Origin: a virus
Taxonomy: Duplodnaviria > Caudoviricetes
Reading direction: 5' to 3' (one strand)
Length of the DNA stretch: 56,805 nucleotides
Virus record (IMG/VR): IMGVR_UViG_3300044615_000557
Span: 1 to 56,805 of that record
Made by a program: the position numbers and the translations under genes. Of this stretch, positions 36,918 through 45,878 are shown piece by piece. Below the pieces are notes generated by a model, which worked only from the letters and a program-made list of their open reading frames with translations, made no database searches and was not told the origin of the DNA. The number at the start of each line of letters is the position of its first letter. The stretch's first letter is position 1.

Positions 36918-37510
36918 ATCACATATACAATCAACCTCAATTCGGCGTGTCTGATGATTGGTTTGGGTACAAGACAGTCTACGACATGTTTATGAAGGTA
37001 CTCCCGCAAAACGGCACGATAGTAGAGGTCGGTGTTTGGAAGGGCAAGAGTCTTGCTTATCTGGGAGTGGAGGCAGTCAACTCAGGTAAAAACCTGCGAG
37101 TCTTTGGCGTAGACACATGGCTCGGTTCTCCTGAGCATCAGAACGATCCCCTCATCAAGACAGATACACTCTACAATCTGTTCATGACCAACATCTTTCC
37201 GTTGCTGGGAGCCGTCACTCCAATCAGAATGGCATCGGTCAATGCAGCCAAACTTTTCCCAGACAACTCGATTGACATCGTCTTTATTGATGCTTGTCAC
37301 GAATATGAGTGCGTCAAAGAGGACATCAACGCTTGGCTCCCAAAGATCAAGAAGGGGGGAATAATCTCCGGTCATGATTACCAGTGGGGCGACGACAAGA
37401 GACCGGAAGGTGCTCCCGTAAAAAAGGCTGTTGACGAGATCTTTGGGGTGACCAATGTCACATTCATACATGGCAATTGGGAGAATGTCTGGATGGTAAA
37501 TCTGCTCTGA
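36914..37510 (+). CDS. Class I SAM methyltransferase (Methyltransf_24-like)
   Basis: VEVGVWKGKS, VFIDACHEY, GGIISGHDY motifs. Confidence 0.85.
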   Translation: MNHIYNQPQFGVSDDWFGYKTVYDMFMKVLPQNGTIVEVGVWKGKSLAYLGVEAVNSGKNLRVFGVDTWLGSPEHQNDPLIKTDTLYNLFMTNIFPLLGAVTPIRMASVNAAKLFPDNSIDIVFIDACHEYECVKEDINAWLPKIKKGGIISGHDYQWGDDKRPEGAPVKKAVDEIFGVTNVTFIHGNWENVWMVNLL

Positions 37511-37526
37511 AACTTGGCTCACGACC

Positions 37527-37555
37527 TTGCTTTCCATGTGGGGCTGTGGTATAGT
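37527..37555 (+). promoter_or_regulatory. sigma70-type promoter of helicase
   Basis: TTGCTT-17-TATAGT with extended TG. Confidence 0.65.
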
Positions 37556-37566
37556 CCCTCCAAACC

Positions 37567-39009
37567 ATGACCGACAAGATTGAACTCGTCATCCTGCGCA
37601 GCCTGCTGCATCGGCAAGGCTACACCCGTCGCGTACTCCCGTTCCTCAAGGACGAGTACTTCCACGACAACTGCGAGAAGCGTCTCTTCAAGACCATCTC
37701 GGAGTTCATCGTCAAGTACGCGAACGCTCCCACCCGCGAGGCTCTGAACATCATCCTGAGCCAGCAGGAGGGTCTGTCGCAGGGGGAGTTTGACGAGTGC
37801 CTGCGTCTGGTGGACGGGCTGAACCCCGAGGAGGAGCCGGACGAGCAATGGCTGGTTGACCAGACCGAGAAGTTCTGCAAGGACAAGGCGGTCTACAACG
37901 CCCTGATGGAGTCCATTGAGTTGCTGGACGAGAAGCGGGCGAAGGGTCGGTCCAAGAACGCCATCCCCGAGATCCTCACCTCCGCCCTCAGCGTGTCCTT
38001 TGACCAGCACATCGGTCACGACTTCATTGAGGATGCCGAGCAGCGGTACGAGTTCTACCACCGCATTGAGAAGAAGACCTCGTTTGACCTTGACTACTTC
38101 AACCGCATCACCAACGGCGGTGTCCCCGACAAGACCCTGAATGTGGTCCTCGCGGGCACGGGAGTGGGCAAGTCCCTGTTCATGTGCCACCATGCCGCCA
38201 ACTGCCTGACCCAGAACAAGAATGTCCTCTACATCACCTGCGAGATGGCGGAGGAACGGATCGCGGAACGCATTGATGCCAATCTGATGGATGTCACCCT
38301 TGATGACCTGAAGCAGTTGCCTATCGACATCTACGGCAAGAAACTCGCCAAGTTGACCAAGAACATCACCGGCAAGTTGATCATCAAGGAGTACCCGACC
38401 GCCTCCGCCAGCGTGAACCACTTCCGCCACCTGATGGACGAGTTGCGGCTCAAGAAGAACTTCAAGCCCGATGTGGTGTTCATTGACTACCTGAACATCT
38501 GTGCCTCGTCCCGTTTCAAGCCGGGAGCCAATGTGAACTCGTACACCTACATCAAGGCGATTGCGGAGGAGTTGCGAGGCATGGCGGTGGAGATGGGGGT
38601 TCCCATCTTCACGGCGACCCAGACGAACCGCTCCGGCTTCGGGAACAGCGATGTGGAACTGACCGACACCTCCGAATCCTTCGGGTTGCCAGCCACAGCG
38701 GACTTCATGTTCGCCATCATCGCCACCGAGCAACTGGACGAGTTGGGGCAGGTCATGGTCAAGCAACTCAAGAACCGCTACAACGACACCGCCACCCACC
38801 GCAAGTTCGTCATCGGCATTGACCGGTCCAAGATGAAACTCTTTGATGTGGAGGAGAACATGCAGCAACTGGTGGCGGCACACAACCCGCTGGCAGAGGA
38901 CGAGGACGAGGAGAACCCCCCCGCACGCAGGGGCGCGTACGCACGCCCGCGGGCAGGCGGGCACGCGCGGGCGCACGAAGCCGACCGAAAATTCACCGAC
39001 TGGACTTGA
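37567..39009 (+). CDS. gp41: Replicative DnaB-like helicase
   Basis: AGTGVGKS, EMAEERIAERIDAN, IDYLNI, TSESFGLPATAD, KQLKNRY motifs. Confidence 0.96.
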   Translation: MTDKIELVILRSLLHRQGYTRRVLPFLKDEYFHDNCEKRLFKTISEFIVKYANAPTREALNIILSQQEGLSQGEFDECLRLVDGLNPEEEPDEQWLVDQTEKFCKDKAVYNALMESIELLDEKRAKGRSKNAIPEILTSALSVSFDQHIGHDFIEDAEQRYEFYHRIEKKTSFDLDYFNRITNGGVPDKTLNVVLAGTGVGKSLFMCHHAANCLTQNKNVLYITCEMAEERIAERIDANLMDVTLDDLKQLPIDIYGKKLAKLTKNITGKLIIKEYPTASASVNHFRHLMDELRLKKNFKPDVVFIDYLNICASSRFKPGANVNSYTYIKAIAEELRGMAVEMGVPIFTATQTNRSGFGNSDVELTDTSESFGLPATADFMFAIIATEQLDELGQVMVKQLKNRYNDTATHRKFVIGIDRSKMKLFDVEENMQQLVAAHNPLAEDEDEENPPARRGAYARPRAGGHARAHEADRKFTDWT

Positions 39010-39023
39010 GGAGAAATATCATT

Positions 39024-39932
39024 ATGAAATGCATGGTTACCGGCGGGGCAGGATTCATCGGTTCGCATCTGGTTCGTAAGTTGCTTGACGAGGGCAATCA
39101 TGTCGTGTGTGTGGACAACGAGAGTTCCGAGGGACACGAAACCTTCCGCTGGGATGATCGTGCCGACAACATAAAGTCAGACATCTGCGATTTGACGAGG
39201 GAAAACTTTCAGGATGTGGATGTCGTGTTCCACCTCGCTGCCGAGGTCAGCATCCAGCGGGCGATTGAGAACCCAGACAAGACATTTCGGACCAATGTCT
39301 TGGGAACCTATACCGTCCTCAAGAACGCTTCGGATGCGGGTGTCAAGAGGCTGGTATTCTCATCAACATCGGCCATCTATGGAAGCGGCGGAATGCACTA
39401 TGGCTCCCCGTTCAGAGAGGATACTCCCCCGAACTGCATGAACATCTACGCCACCACGAAACTCATGGGCGAGCAACTCTGCGACCACTTTGAGAAGTTC
39501 ACGAAGATGGGGGTGGTTACCCTCCGCTACTTCAATGTGTTCGGGGAAGGGCAGGCCAACAAGGGAACCTATTCGCCGGTGGTGGCGGTTTTTCAAAGAC
39601 AATTGTCAGAGGGACAACCCCTGACGGTAGTAGGTGATGGCTCACAGGTCAGGGACTACATCCATGTATCGGATGTCGTGATGGCGAACATGATGGTGTC
39701 AGACCTAAACCGAGGGTTCATAAAGGGGAGCAGGTACAACATCGGTTCCGGAAAGACATTCTCGGTGCTTGAAATCGCCCGTCGGGTCGGGGGAACCAAG
39801 GCGACCTTCCGGTTCCTTCCCGCCCGTATCGGAGAAGCCACCTTCACCTGTGCGGATTGCAGCAAGGCAACCAGAGACTTCGGGTGGAGACCCTCGGGGG
39901 GTCTGGAAAGGTGGATTCCTCGGGCAGACTGA
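39024..39932 (+). CDS. NAD-dependent nucleotide-sugar epimerase/dehydratase
   Basis: TGGAGFIGSH, YATTK, LRYFNVFG, RDYIHV motifs. Confidence 0.92.
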   Translation: MKCMVTGGAGFIGSHLVRKLLDEGNHVVCVDNESSEGHETFRWDDRADNIKSDICDLTRENFQDVDVVFHLAAEVSIQRAIENPDKTFRTNVLGTYTVLKNASDAGVKRLVFSSTSAIYGSGGMHYGSPFREDTPPNCMNIYATTKLMGEQLCDHFEKFTKMGVVTLRYFNVFGEGQANKGTYSPVVAVFQRQLSEGQPLTVVGDGSQVRDYIHVSDVVMANMMVSDLNRGFIKGSRYNIGSGKTFSVLEIARRVGGTKATFRFLPARIGEATFTCADCSKATRDFGWRPSGGLERWIPRAD

Positions 39933-39939
39933 TATAAAC

Positions 39940-40030
39940 GCACGCCTAGCATCTGGGTATGCAAACCGACTTATAAACGGTCTTAGCGGCAGATTACCGC
40001 GAGAGGTGGGTTCGATTCCCACGGCGTGTA
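39940..40030 (+). tRNA. tRNA-Ile(UAU) with long variable arm
   Basis: Acceptor GCACGCC/GGCGTGT-A; D stem GCAT/ATGC; anticodon loop CT TAT AA; V-arm GCGG...CCGC; T arm GTGGG-TTCGATT-CCCAC. Confidence 0.75.
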
Positions 40031-40033
40031 TTC

Positions 40034-40040
40034 CTAAATA
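40034..40040 (+). promoter_or_regulatory. Late promoter CTAAATA
   Basis: 6 nt before ATG 40047. Confidence 0.65.
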
Positions 40041-40046
40041 CGAGGC

Positions 40047-41252
40047 ATGCTATCCTTCAACCAATACAATGCCTCCGACCTCAATGAAGAGGTGGTCCGA
40101 AACAAGCACCTAGACCACCTTGAGGACATGATGCTGCTCTACGGGGAGCAGGGGCTGAAGGACAGCATTGCCTTCCTGAAGGACATCGCAGTCAGCCTGA
40201 AGTTGGGCAAGTCCCCCGAACTGAAGTTCTCGACCAAGTGGGACGGCAAGCCCGCCGTGGTCTGCGGCATCAATCCCGACAACAAGAAGTTTTTCGTGGC
40301 GACCAAGAGTGCCTTCAGCAAGGTGGTCAAGGCGTACCACACCCCCAAGGAGGTCAAGGATGCCATCCCCATCGCCGACCTCGCCGACAAGTTGATCCAG
40401 TGCCTCAAGCACCTCCCCAAGATCGGCATCAAGGGTGTCCTACAGGGCGACCTCATGTTCGGGGAGGGGGCCAAGAAGATGGTCACCCTGAACGGGGTGG
40501 AACACATCGCCTTCCAGCCCAATACCATCATGTATGCCATCCCCGCCAAGAGCGAGATGGGGCAGCGGATCGCCAACGCCAAGTTGGGCATCGCGTTCCA
40601 CACCGAGTACGGCGGGAACAGCATGGAGAGCCTCTCCGCCAAGACCTTCAACTTTGACTCCACCAAGTTGAAGAAGAGTCCGGATGTCTGGTTCACCGAC
40701 CCCAACATCTACGACATCACCCCCGCCCTGCTCCAGCCGGGCGAGTACGACAACCTGTCCAAGATGATCGCGGAGTGCGAAGCCCTGTCCAAGAAGGTGC
40801 TGCCGTTCCTCAAGACCCTCAAGGCGAACGCCGACCTGATGGAGATCCTGATGCCCTACATCAACTCCACCATCGGAGGGGGCATGACCAACTACACCTC
40901 CAACGGTCTGAATCTCTATGTGACCACCCGCATGGACAAGGAAATAGAGAAACTGAAGAGCGAGAAGGGCAAGCAGAGCAGGGAGGCACAGAAGCAGAAA
41001 CTTCTGGACTTCGTCAAGACCTACTCCTCCCAGTTCGGGGACATGTTCACCCTCCACAACCGGCTGGCGAACTGCAAGGAGATCCTCCTCGGCAAGTTCA
41101 ACGCCATCGGGGCGTTCGGTCACTTCTTCGTTGATGACGAGGGTATCCGTCCGACCGACCCCGAGGGCATCGTGGTTTCCCGCAGCGGCAGGGTCGTGAA
41201 GTTGGTCAATCGCCTGCGTTTCAGCCGCCAGAACAGGAAGGTAAACCAATGA
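40047..41252 (+). CDS. Conserved T4-like protein (DUF6267-like) with ATP-dependent ligase-type motifs
   Basis: HLDHLED, TKWDG (KxDG motif I), QGDLMF, EGIVV, VKLV motifs. Confidence 0.75.
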   Translation: MLSFNQYNASDLNEEVVRNKHLDHLEDMMLLYGEQGLKDSIAFLKDIAVSLKLGKSPELKFSTKWDGKPAVVCGINPDNKKFFVATKSAFSKVVKAYHTPKEVKDAIPIADLADKLIQCLKHLPKIGIKGVLQGDLMFGEGAKKMVTLNGVEHIAFQPNTIMYAIPAKSEMGQRIANAKLGIAFHTEYGGNSMESLSAKTFNFDSTKLKKSPDVWFTDPNIYDITPALLQPGEYDNLSKMIAECEALSKKVLPFLKTLKANADLMEILMPYINSTIGGGMTNYTSNGLNLYVTTRMDKEIEKLKSEKGKQSREAQKQKLLDFVKTYSSQFGDMFTLHNRLANCKEILLGKFNAIGAFGHFFVDDEGIRPTDPEGIVVSRSGRVVKLVNRLRFSRQNRKVNQ

Positions 41253-44200
41253 TTGAAGGTTTCGCACGCCATCAGGAAACGCTCTCCGAGGCCAAGAAGG
41301 AGAATGTGGTCTTTGCTTTCGGACGCTTGAACCCCCCGACCACCGGACACGGCGTGCTGATAGACAAGATCATGTCCGAGGCCAGCAAGAGGAACGCGGA
41401 CCACTATGTCTTCGTCAGCAAGTCGCAGGATGCCAAGAAGAACCCCCTGACGCACGCCCAGAAGGTGATGTACCTCAAGCAGTTCTTTCCCAAGGGCAAG
41501 TTCCCCCTGAACCAAGCCAGAGACCCCTATGATGCCGTCCTGTGGCTCTGTGCCAAGGGCTACAAGAACATCACCATGGTCTGCGGCAGCGACCGAGTTG
41601 ACCAATTCAAGGGCATCGCGGGATACAAGGGCAAGGTCGCCCAGAAGGATCCCAAGCAGCGGACCTACTCGTTTGAGACCTTCAATGTGGTCGTGGCGGG
41701 CGAGGCACGCGACGACGAGGCACAGGGGGTGGCTGGCATGTCCGCCTCCAAGATGCGTGCTGCGGCGTTTGAGAGCGACTACAATGCGTTCAAGAAGGGC
41801 GTTCCCGGCGGCAACGAGGCTCTCAAGAAGGCACTCTACAAGGATGTCCGGAAGGGTATGGGTCTCTCCGAGCAATACATTCCCGAGGCCAACGGCAAGG
41901 ACAGCCAGAAGGTCACCATCCTCGCACTCACCTCGTCCGAAAAGGACTTGAGCGACAGCGTGGAGAAGATGGAGAATATCTGCAAGAAGCGTGGCATTGA
42001 GTTCTATGCGGTCAAGACCAGCAAGGCTCAGGTTCAGATTGATAATGTCGTATCTAAGAAGATCGTCATCAAGAACTACGACGGCGAGGGCAAGGACGCG
42101 ACCATCGTCCCCAGCGACACCGTCTGCATCGTGCGCGGGGGCGTGATGAACACCCAGACCGGCGTGGCGGTGCTGGACATCCTACAGAACAACGGCGTGT
42201 TCATGGTCAACGAGAAGGGTGGCATGGAACTCTGTGCCAACAAGTTGCAGACCGCCATCGCCCTGAAGAAGCACGGGTTGCCCCACCCCCGCACCGCGTT
42301 CGTGGTGAACGAGGCGAACATTGAGACAGCGGTCAAGGAGATTGGCGGGAAGTTCCCCGTCATCGCCAAGACTCTCACCGGTGCCGAGGGCATCGGCGTA
42401 TCCAAGATTGAGAGCATGGAGAGCCTGAAGTCCGTCCTCCAGACCCTGTGGAAGTTTGGGGCTGAGGTCATCATTCAGGAGTTCCTGCCCGACTTCAAGA
42501 ACGATGTCCGGAGCATCGTCCTCAACGGCAAGATCTTCGCCTGCGCGAAGCGAGACAAGGCACCCAAGGACTTCCGCACGAACATCGCACGCGGATCCAA
42601 GGGCGGCTCGCACCAGTTGAGCGAAGAGGAAGTGAAACTGGTTGAGCAGGCGGCAAGGGTCAGCAAGTGCTACTATGTCGGCATTGACCATGTCATCAAC
42701 GACGGAAAGCCTTACATCATTGAGATGAACGCCAGCCCCGGCAGCGGCAACATCTACTACCGCTACTACGACGAGGGCAAAGGCAAGGACAATGTGAAGG
42801 GCGAGGAGTTGATTGAGGACTTCCTTGACTACATCCTCAACAAGGCGCACTGGAAACTCTTCTCCAACCTTGCCGTCCGCGAGCCGGTCAAGATTGACGG
42901 CGTTGAATACACCGCCAAGGTGGACACCGGCAACAGCGGCTACAACATGATCCATGGCGACAAGATCAAGGACAACGGCGACCACACCGTGTCCTTCACG
43001 CTGCCGAACGGCAAGCGTATCACGAAGAAGATCGTCAGCCGCATCACGGTCAAGAGCGGCATCGGCGAGAAGACCCGCATGGTCGTGCTGATGGACATTG
43101 AGTTCCACGGAAAGAAGTTCACCAACATCAAGTTCAGCATCGGCGACCGCAGCCACATGAGCACGAAGGTTCTGCTCGGTCTACAGTTCCTCAGCAAGAC
43201 GGGGTTCACCGTGGACCCCGCCGAAGCCATCTATCCGCAGCCCGACAGCAACGCCAAGAGGCGCGGTGACGAGGAGGAGGAAGAGGAACTCAACGAGGAC
43301 ATGCCCATCGGGACGGCGGTCAAGGCACTCAAGGATGTGGCGATCAGCCCATTTGCGGTCACCAAGATCGCGACCCTAGCCAAGAAGCGAAAGGGCATGT
43401 CGGAAACGGAGTTCAAGCGTGAGGCGGATAAGGTCAAGAACGAGATCCTCATGAATGTCTACAAGACATCCGGATCCGCATTGACGCTCGGTCTGTTCAT
43501 GACACAGAGCAAGGTCGGAAAGTTGCTGGCGAAACTGCTTGACAAGTTGATCCTCAAGGTCATGGTTCATGATACCTCCATTGACCCCAGCGTCATCCTG
43601 AAGACCATCACCAGCACCCTGCTGTCCGCGGGAAGCGTTCTCGGGATGGGTGATGAGTTGGAAGGCGACCCCCTGATTGAGGCGGACCTTGAGTACAAGG
43701 GCAAAGAGATGAAGGGTCACCTCGACGGATTGCTGGCCAAAATCAAGAGCAAGCATGGAACCACGAATGTCACCTATAGCCAAGCGATGAAGACCGTCGG
43801 CTCAACTGGCGCAGCCAGACTCGCGGCAAGAGGCAAGATAAAGAGAGACGATGGGGAGAAGGAGAAAGGCGAACTGGGGAAGAGCGAGTCCATTGAAGAA
43901 GCAGATGTGACCAAGGGCAAGAAGTTCAAGACCAAGACCGGCAAGACCAAGGAGTCGCCGAAGCACAAGGCGACTGGACTGCCCAAGAAATATGTGTCCG
44001 GTCTCACCGGCAAGGATGCGGGTCTTCGTAAGAAGCGTCTCGCCGCCCGTGCCAAACTGCCGGACAGCGACCCCAAGGCATGGGAGTTCGTGAACCCCAA
44101 AGAGAAGGGCATCAAGACCAAGCCGTCCAAGTACAACAGCCTGTATGCGAAGTTGCAGAAACAAGGCAAGTTGAAGGCCATCAAGAGCCACTACGAGCAT

Positions 44201-45109
44201 GACGCGGCACTCCAACGACTGGTCAACATAGACGAGTCCGACCGGTCGGTTCAGCAGAAACTTTCCATCGCCGTATCGTATGCCGAGTCATGCAAGGAGA
44301 AGGGCATGAGCGAGGCGTGCGAACTGGTGCGTGCGTATGTGGACATGCTGAAGGACGAGCGTCAGTGGAGCGTGGAGGAGGATGTCAAGCCGACCGACAT
44401 CAACGAGGACTTCCAGTATCTCATGCTGGAGGTCAGCCCGCCATCCGGTCCTGCCCGTCGTTTCTCCAAGAAAGAGAAGATCAAGCGGCAGTTCCGAGAT
44501 CGCTACGGCAAGAGGTGGAAGGATGTCTTCTATGCCACGGCATGGAAGATGCACGGCAAGGAGTCCTACGAGCCGACCGAGGAGTGGCTGGAGGAGTCGC
44601 GGAAGATCAACACCATCCACAAGTGGACTGCTCTGGGCAAGAGAGGACCGCTGCTCATCGGCACGGACAAGATCGCCAACACCTACAAGTTTGACACGCC
44701 CGGTGAGCGGGAGCGTCTGAAGGAAGCAGAGGCGACCGCCGAGATTGATGACGAGAAGCGTTCCCTCTACAAGGAGTGGGAGAAGTTGGTGAACATGTCC
44801 GCCAAGGAACTCTCCGACTTCATTGACTCCGAGGAGGGCGAAGAAGCCGGTCTGTCCCGCAAGGAGGCAGGCAAGGCGGGAGCGGGCGGGAAGAAGATCA
44901 AGAGCGGTCGTGACTCTGCCAGAGCCATCGTCCGCATGCTGGAGCGTCCCATGGCCAAGTGGACCGATAACGACTGGGAGTGGGCTGGACGGCAGGTGAA
45001 CTTCATCAATCGCATGAAGGGAGCCGAGGGACCGACCAAGGACGAGAAGGGAAGACCCACCCGCAAGACCTTGGCCCTGAAGATATGGGGTCATGATCCG
45101 GAGAAATGA
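41249..45109 (+). CDS. Multidomain polyprotein: HxGH nucleotidyltransferase + RimK-like ATP-grasp ligase + RimB-like aspartic protease + DUF3140-like C-terminus
   Basis: FGRLNPPTTGH/GSDR/SASKMR; NKL..LPHPRT, G.EG.GV, IIQEF, FRTNIARG, IEMNASPG; AKVDTGN..DRSHM; LVNMSAKEL...WGHDP. Confidence 0.85.
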   Translation: MIEGFARHQETLSEAKKENVVFAFGRLNPPTTGHGVLIDKIMSEASKRNADHYVFVSKSQDAKKNPLTHAQKVMYLKQFFPKGKFPLNQARDPYDAVLWLCAKGYKNITMVCGSDRVDQFKGIAGYKGKVAQKDPKQRTYSFETFNVVVAGEARDDEAQGVAGMSASKMRAAAFESDYNAFKKGVPGGNEALKKALYKDVRKGMGLSEQYIPEANGKDSQKVTILALTSSEKDLSDSVEKMENICKKRGIEFYAVKTSKAQVQIDNVVSKKIVIKNYDGEGKDATIVPSDTVCIVRGGVMNTQTGVAVLDILQNNGVFMVNEKGGMELCANKLQTAIALKKHGLPHPRTAFVVNEANIETAVKEIGGKFPVIAKTLTGAEGIGVSKIESMESLKSVLQTLWKFGAEVIIQEFLPDFKNDVRSIVLNGKIFACAKRDKAPKDFRTNIARGSKGGSHQLSEEEVKLVEQAARVSKCYYVGIDHVINDGKPYIIEMNASPGSGNIYYRYYDEGKGKDNVKGEELIEDFLDYILNKAHWKLFSNLAVREPVKIDGVEYTAKVDTGNSGYNMIHGDKIKDNGDHTVSFTLPNGKRITKKIVSRITVKSGIGEKTRMVVLMDIEFHGKKFTNIKFSIGDRSHMSTKVLLGLQFLSKTGFTVDPAEAIYPQPDSNAKRRGDEEEEEELNEDMPIGTAVKALKDVAISPFAVTKIATLAKKRKGMSETEFKREADKVKNEILMNVYKTSGSALTLGLFMTQSKVGKLLAKLLDKLILKVMVHDTSIDPSVILKTITSTLLSAGSVLGMGDELEGDPLIEADLEYKGKEMKGHLDGLLAKIKSKHGTTNVTYSQAMKTVGSTGAARLAARGKIKRDDGEKEKGELGKSESIEEADVTKGKKFKTKTGKTKESPKHKATGLPKKYVSGLTGKDAGLRKKRLAARAKLPDSDPKAWEFVNPKEKGIKTKPSKYNSLYAKLQKQGKLKAIKSHYEHDAALQRLVNIDESDRSVQQKLSIAVSYAESCKEKGMSEACELVRAYVDMLKDERQWSVEEDVKPTDINEDFQYLMLEVSPPSGPARRFSKKEKIKRQFRDRYGKRWKDVFYATAWKMHGKESYEPTEEWLEESRKINTIHKWTALGKRGPLLIGTDKIANTYKFDTPGERERLKEAEATAEIDDEKRSLYKEWEKLVNMSAKELSDFIDSEEGEEAGLSRKEAGKAGAGGKKIKSGRDSARAIVRMLERPMAKWTDNDWEWAGRQVNFINRMKGAEGPTKDEKGRPTRKTLALKIWGHDPEK

Positions 45110-45110
45110 C

Positions 45111-45371
45111 ATGAAGAGATTCAGTTCCCTGACGAAAGACATCACGGAGGCAAGGATCGCGGCTCTCGCCAAGAAGTCCAAGGAGAGCGGCATCCCCTAC
45201 GGCATTCTCAAGCAGGTGTATAACAGAGGCATGGCAGCATGGAAGGGCGGACACCGACCGGGTGCGAGCAGCCATGCATGGGCGTTCGCCCGCGTGAACT
45301 CCTTCATCGTCGGAGGCAAGACCAGAAAGACGGCGGATGCCGACTTGTGGAAGAAGGCGAAGGGCGGCTGA
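45111..45371 (+). CDS. DUF5824-like small protein
   Basis: SGIPYGILKQVYNRGMAAWKGGHRPGA...WAFARVNSF motif. Confidence 0.75.
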   Translation: MKRFSSLTKDITEARIAALAKKSKESGIPYGILKQVYNRGMAAWKGGHRPGASSHAWAFARVNSFIVGGKTRKTADADLWKKAKGG

Positions 45372-45379
45372 CCTGCCGC

Positions 45380-45387
45380 TATAAATA
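45380..45387 (+). promoter_or_regulatory. Late promoter, exact T4 consensus TATAAATA
   Basis: Intergenic; GGAG RBS and ATG 45410 follow. Confidence 0.75.
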
Positions 45388-45409
45388 CCTCATAACCACT
45401 GGAGAGACC

Positions 45410-45850
45410 ATGTTTCACAATCCATTCAATAACAAGTTCGTCAAGGACATCCAGAACTTCCTGAACGAGCATCGCAACGATGTCACGATTGACCCCTGCC
45501 TCAACGACCACGCCAAGAAGGCGGCTCTATGGGTCGCCGAGGAGCCGCTTCTGGAAGAGCGTCGGACCATCCTGACTGCCCTGTTCAACGAGGCGGTCGC
45601 CGACTGCGGTTGTCGCGGAAACTCCAAGGACATCGCCGACTTCACGAAGGCGGTTGACCGCTATGTGGAAGAAGCCCATGCGGCTGTCGTTCCCGGCAAT
45701 AAGGTCAGCAACCCACCCCACGATAAGAACGAACTCGCCACTCCTGCTGCCGTAGCGGGAAAGACAGCGAAGCCCGTGTCAAAGGCGAACCTCGGCAAGA
45801 ACAGCGGCATCGCAAGTACAGGCAAGAATCCCCCGAAAATCGGTGGCTAA
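45410..45850 (+). CDS. Hypothetical late protein
   Basis: ATG 45410 with RBS; stop overlaps the next late promoter. Confidence 0.7.
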   Translation: MFHNPFNNKFVKDIQNFLNEHRNDVTIDPCLNDHAKKAALWVAEEPLLEERRTILTALFNEAVADCGCRGNSKDIADFTKAVDRYVEEAHAAVVPGNKVSNPPHDKNELATPAAVAGKTAKPVSKANLGKNSGIASTGKNPPKIGG

Positions 45851-45853
45851 ATA
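45847..45853 (+). promoter_or_regulatory. Late promoter CTAAATA
   Basis: Upstream of GAGGAG RBS and ATG 45879. Confidence 0.65.
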
Positions 45854-45878
45854 GGAAGAACAAGAGGAGAACTCCACG

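Noticed and set aside
37519-38976. Long minus-strand ORFs (also 22232-23542, 24442-25467, 42182-43156)
   Set aside because: Antisense shadows of strongly codon-biased plus-strand genes; no motifs or RBS
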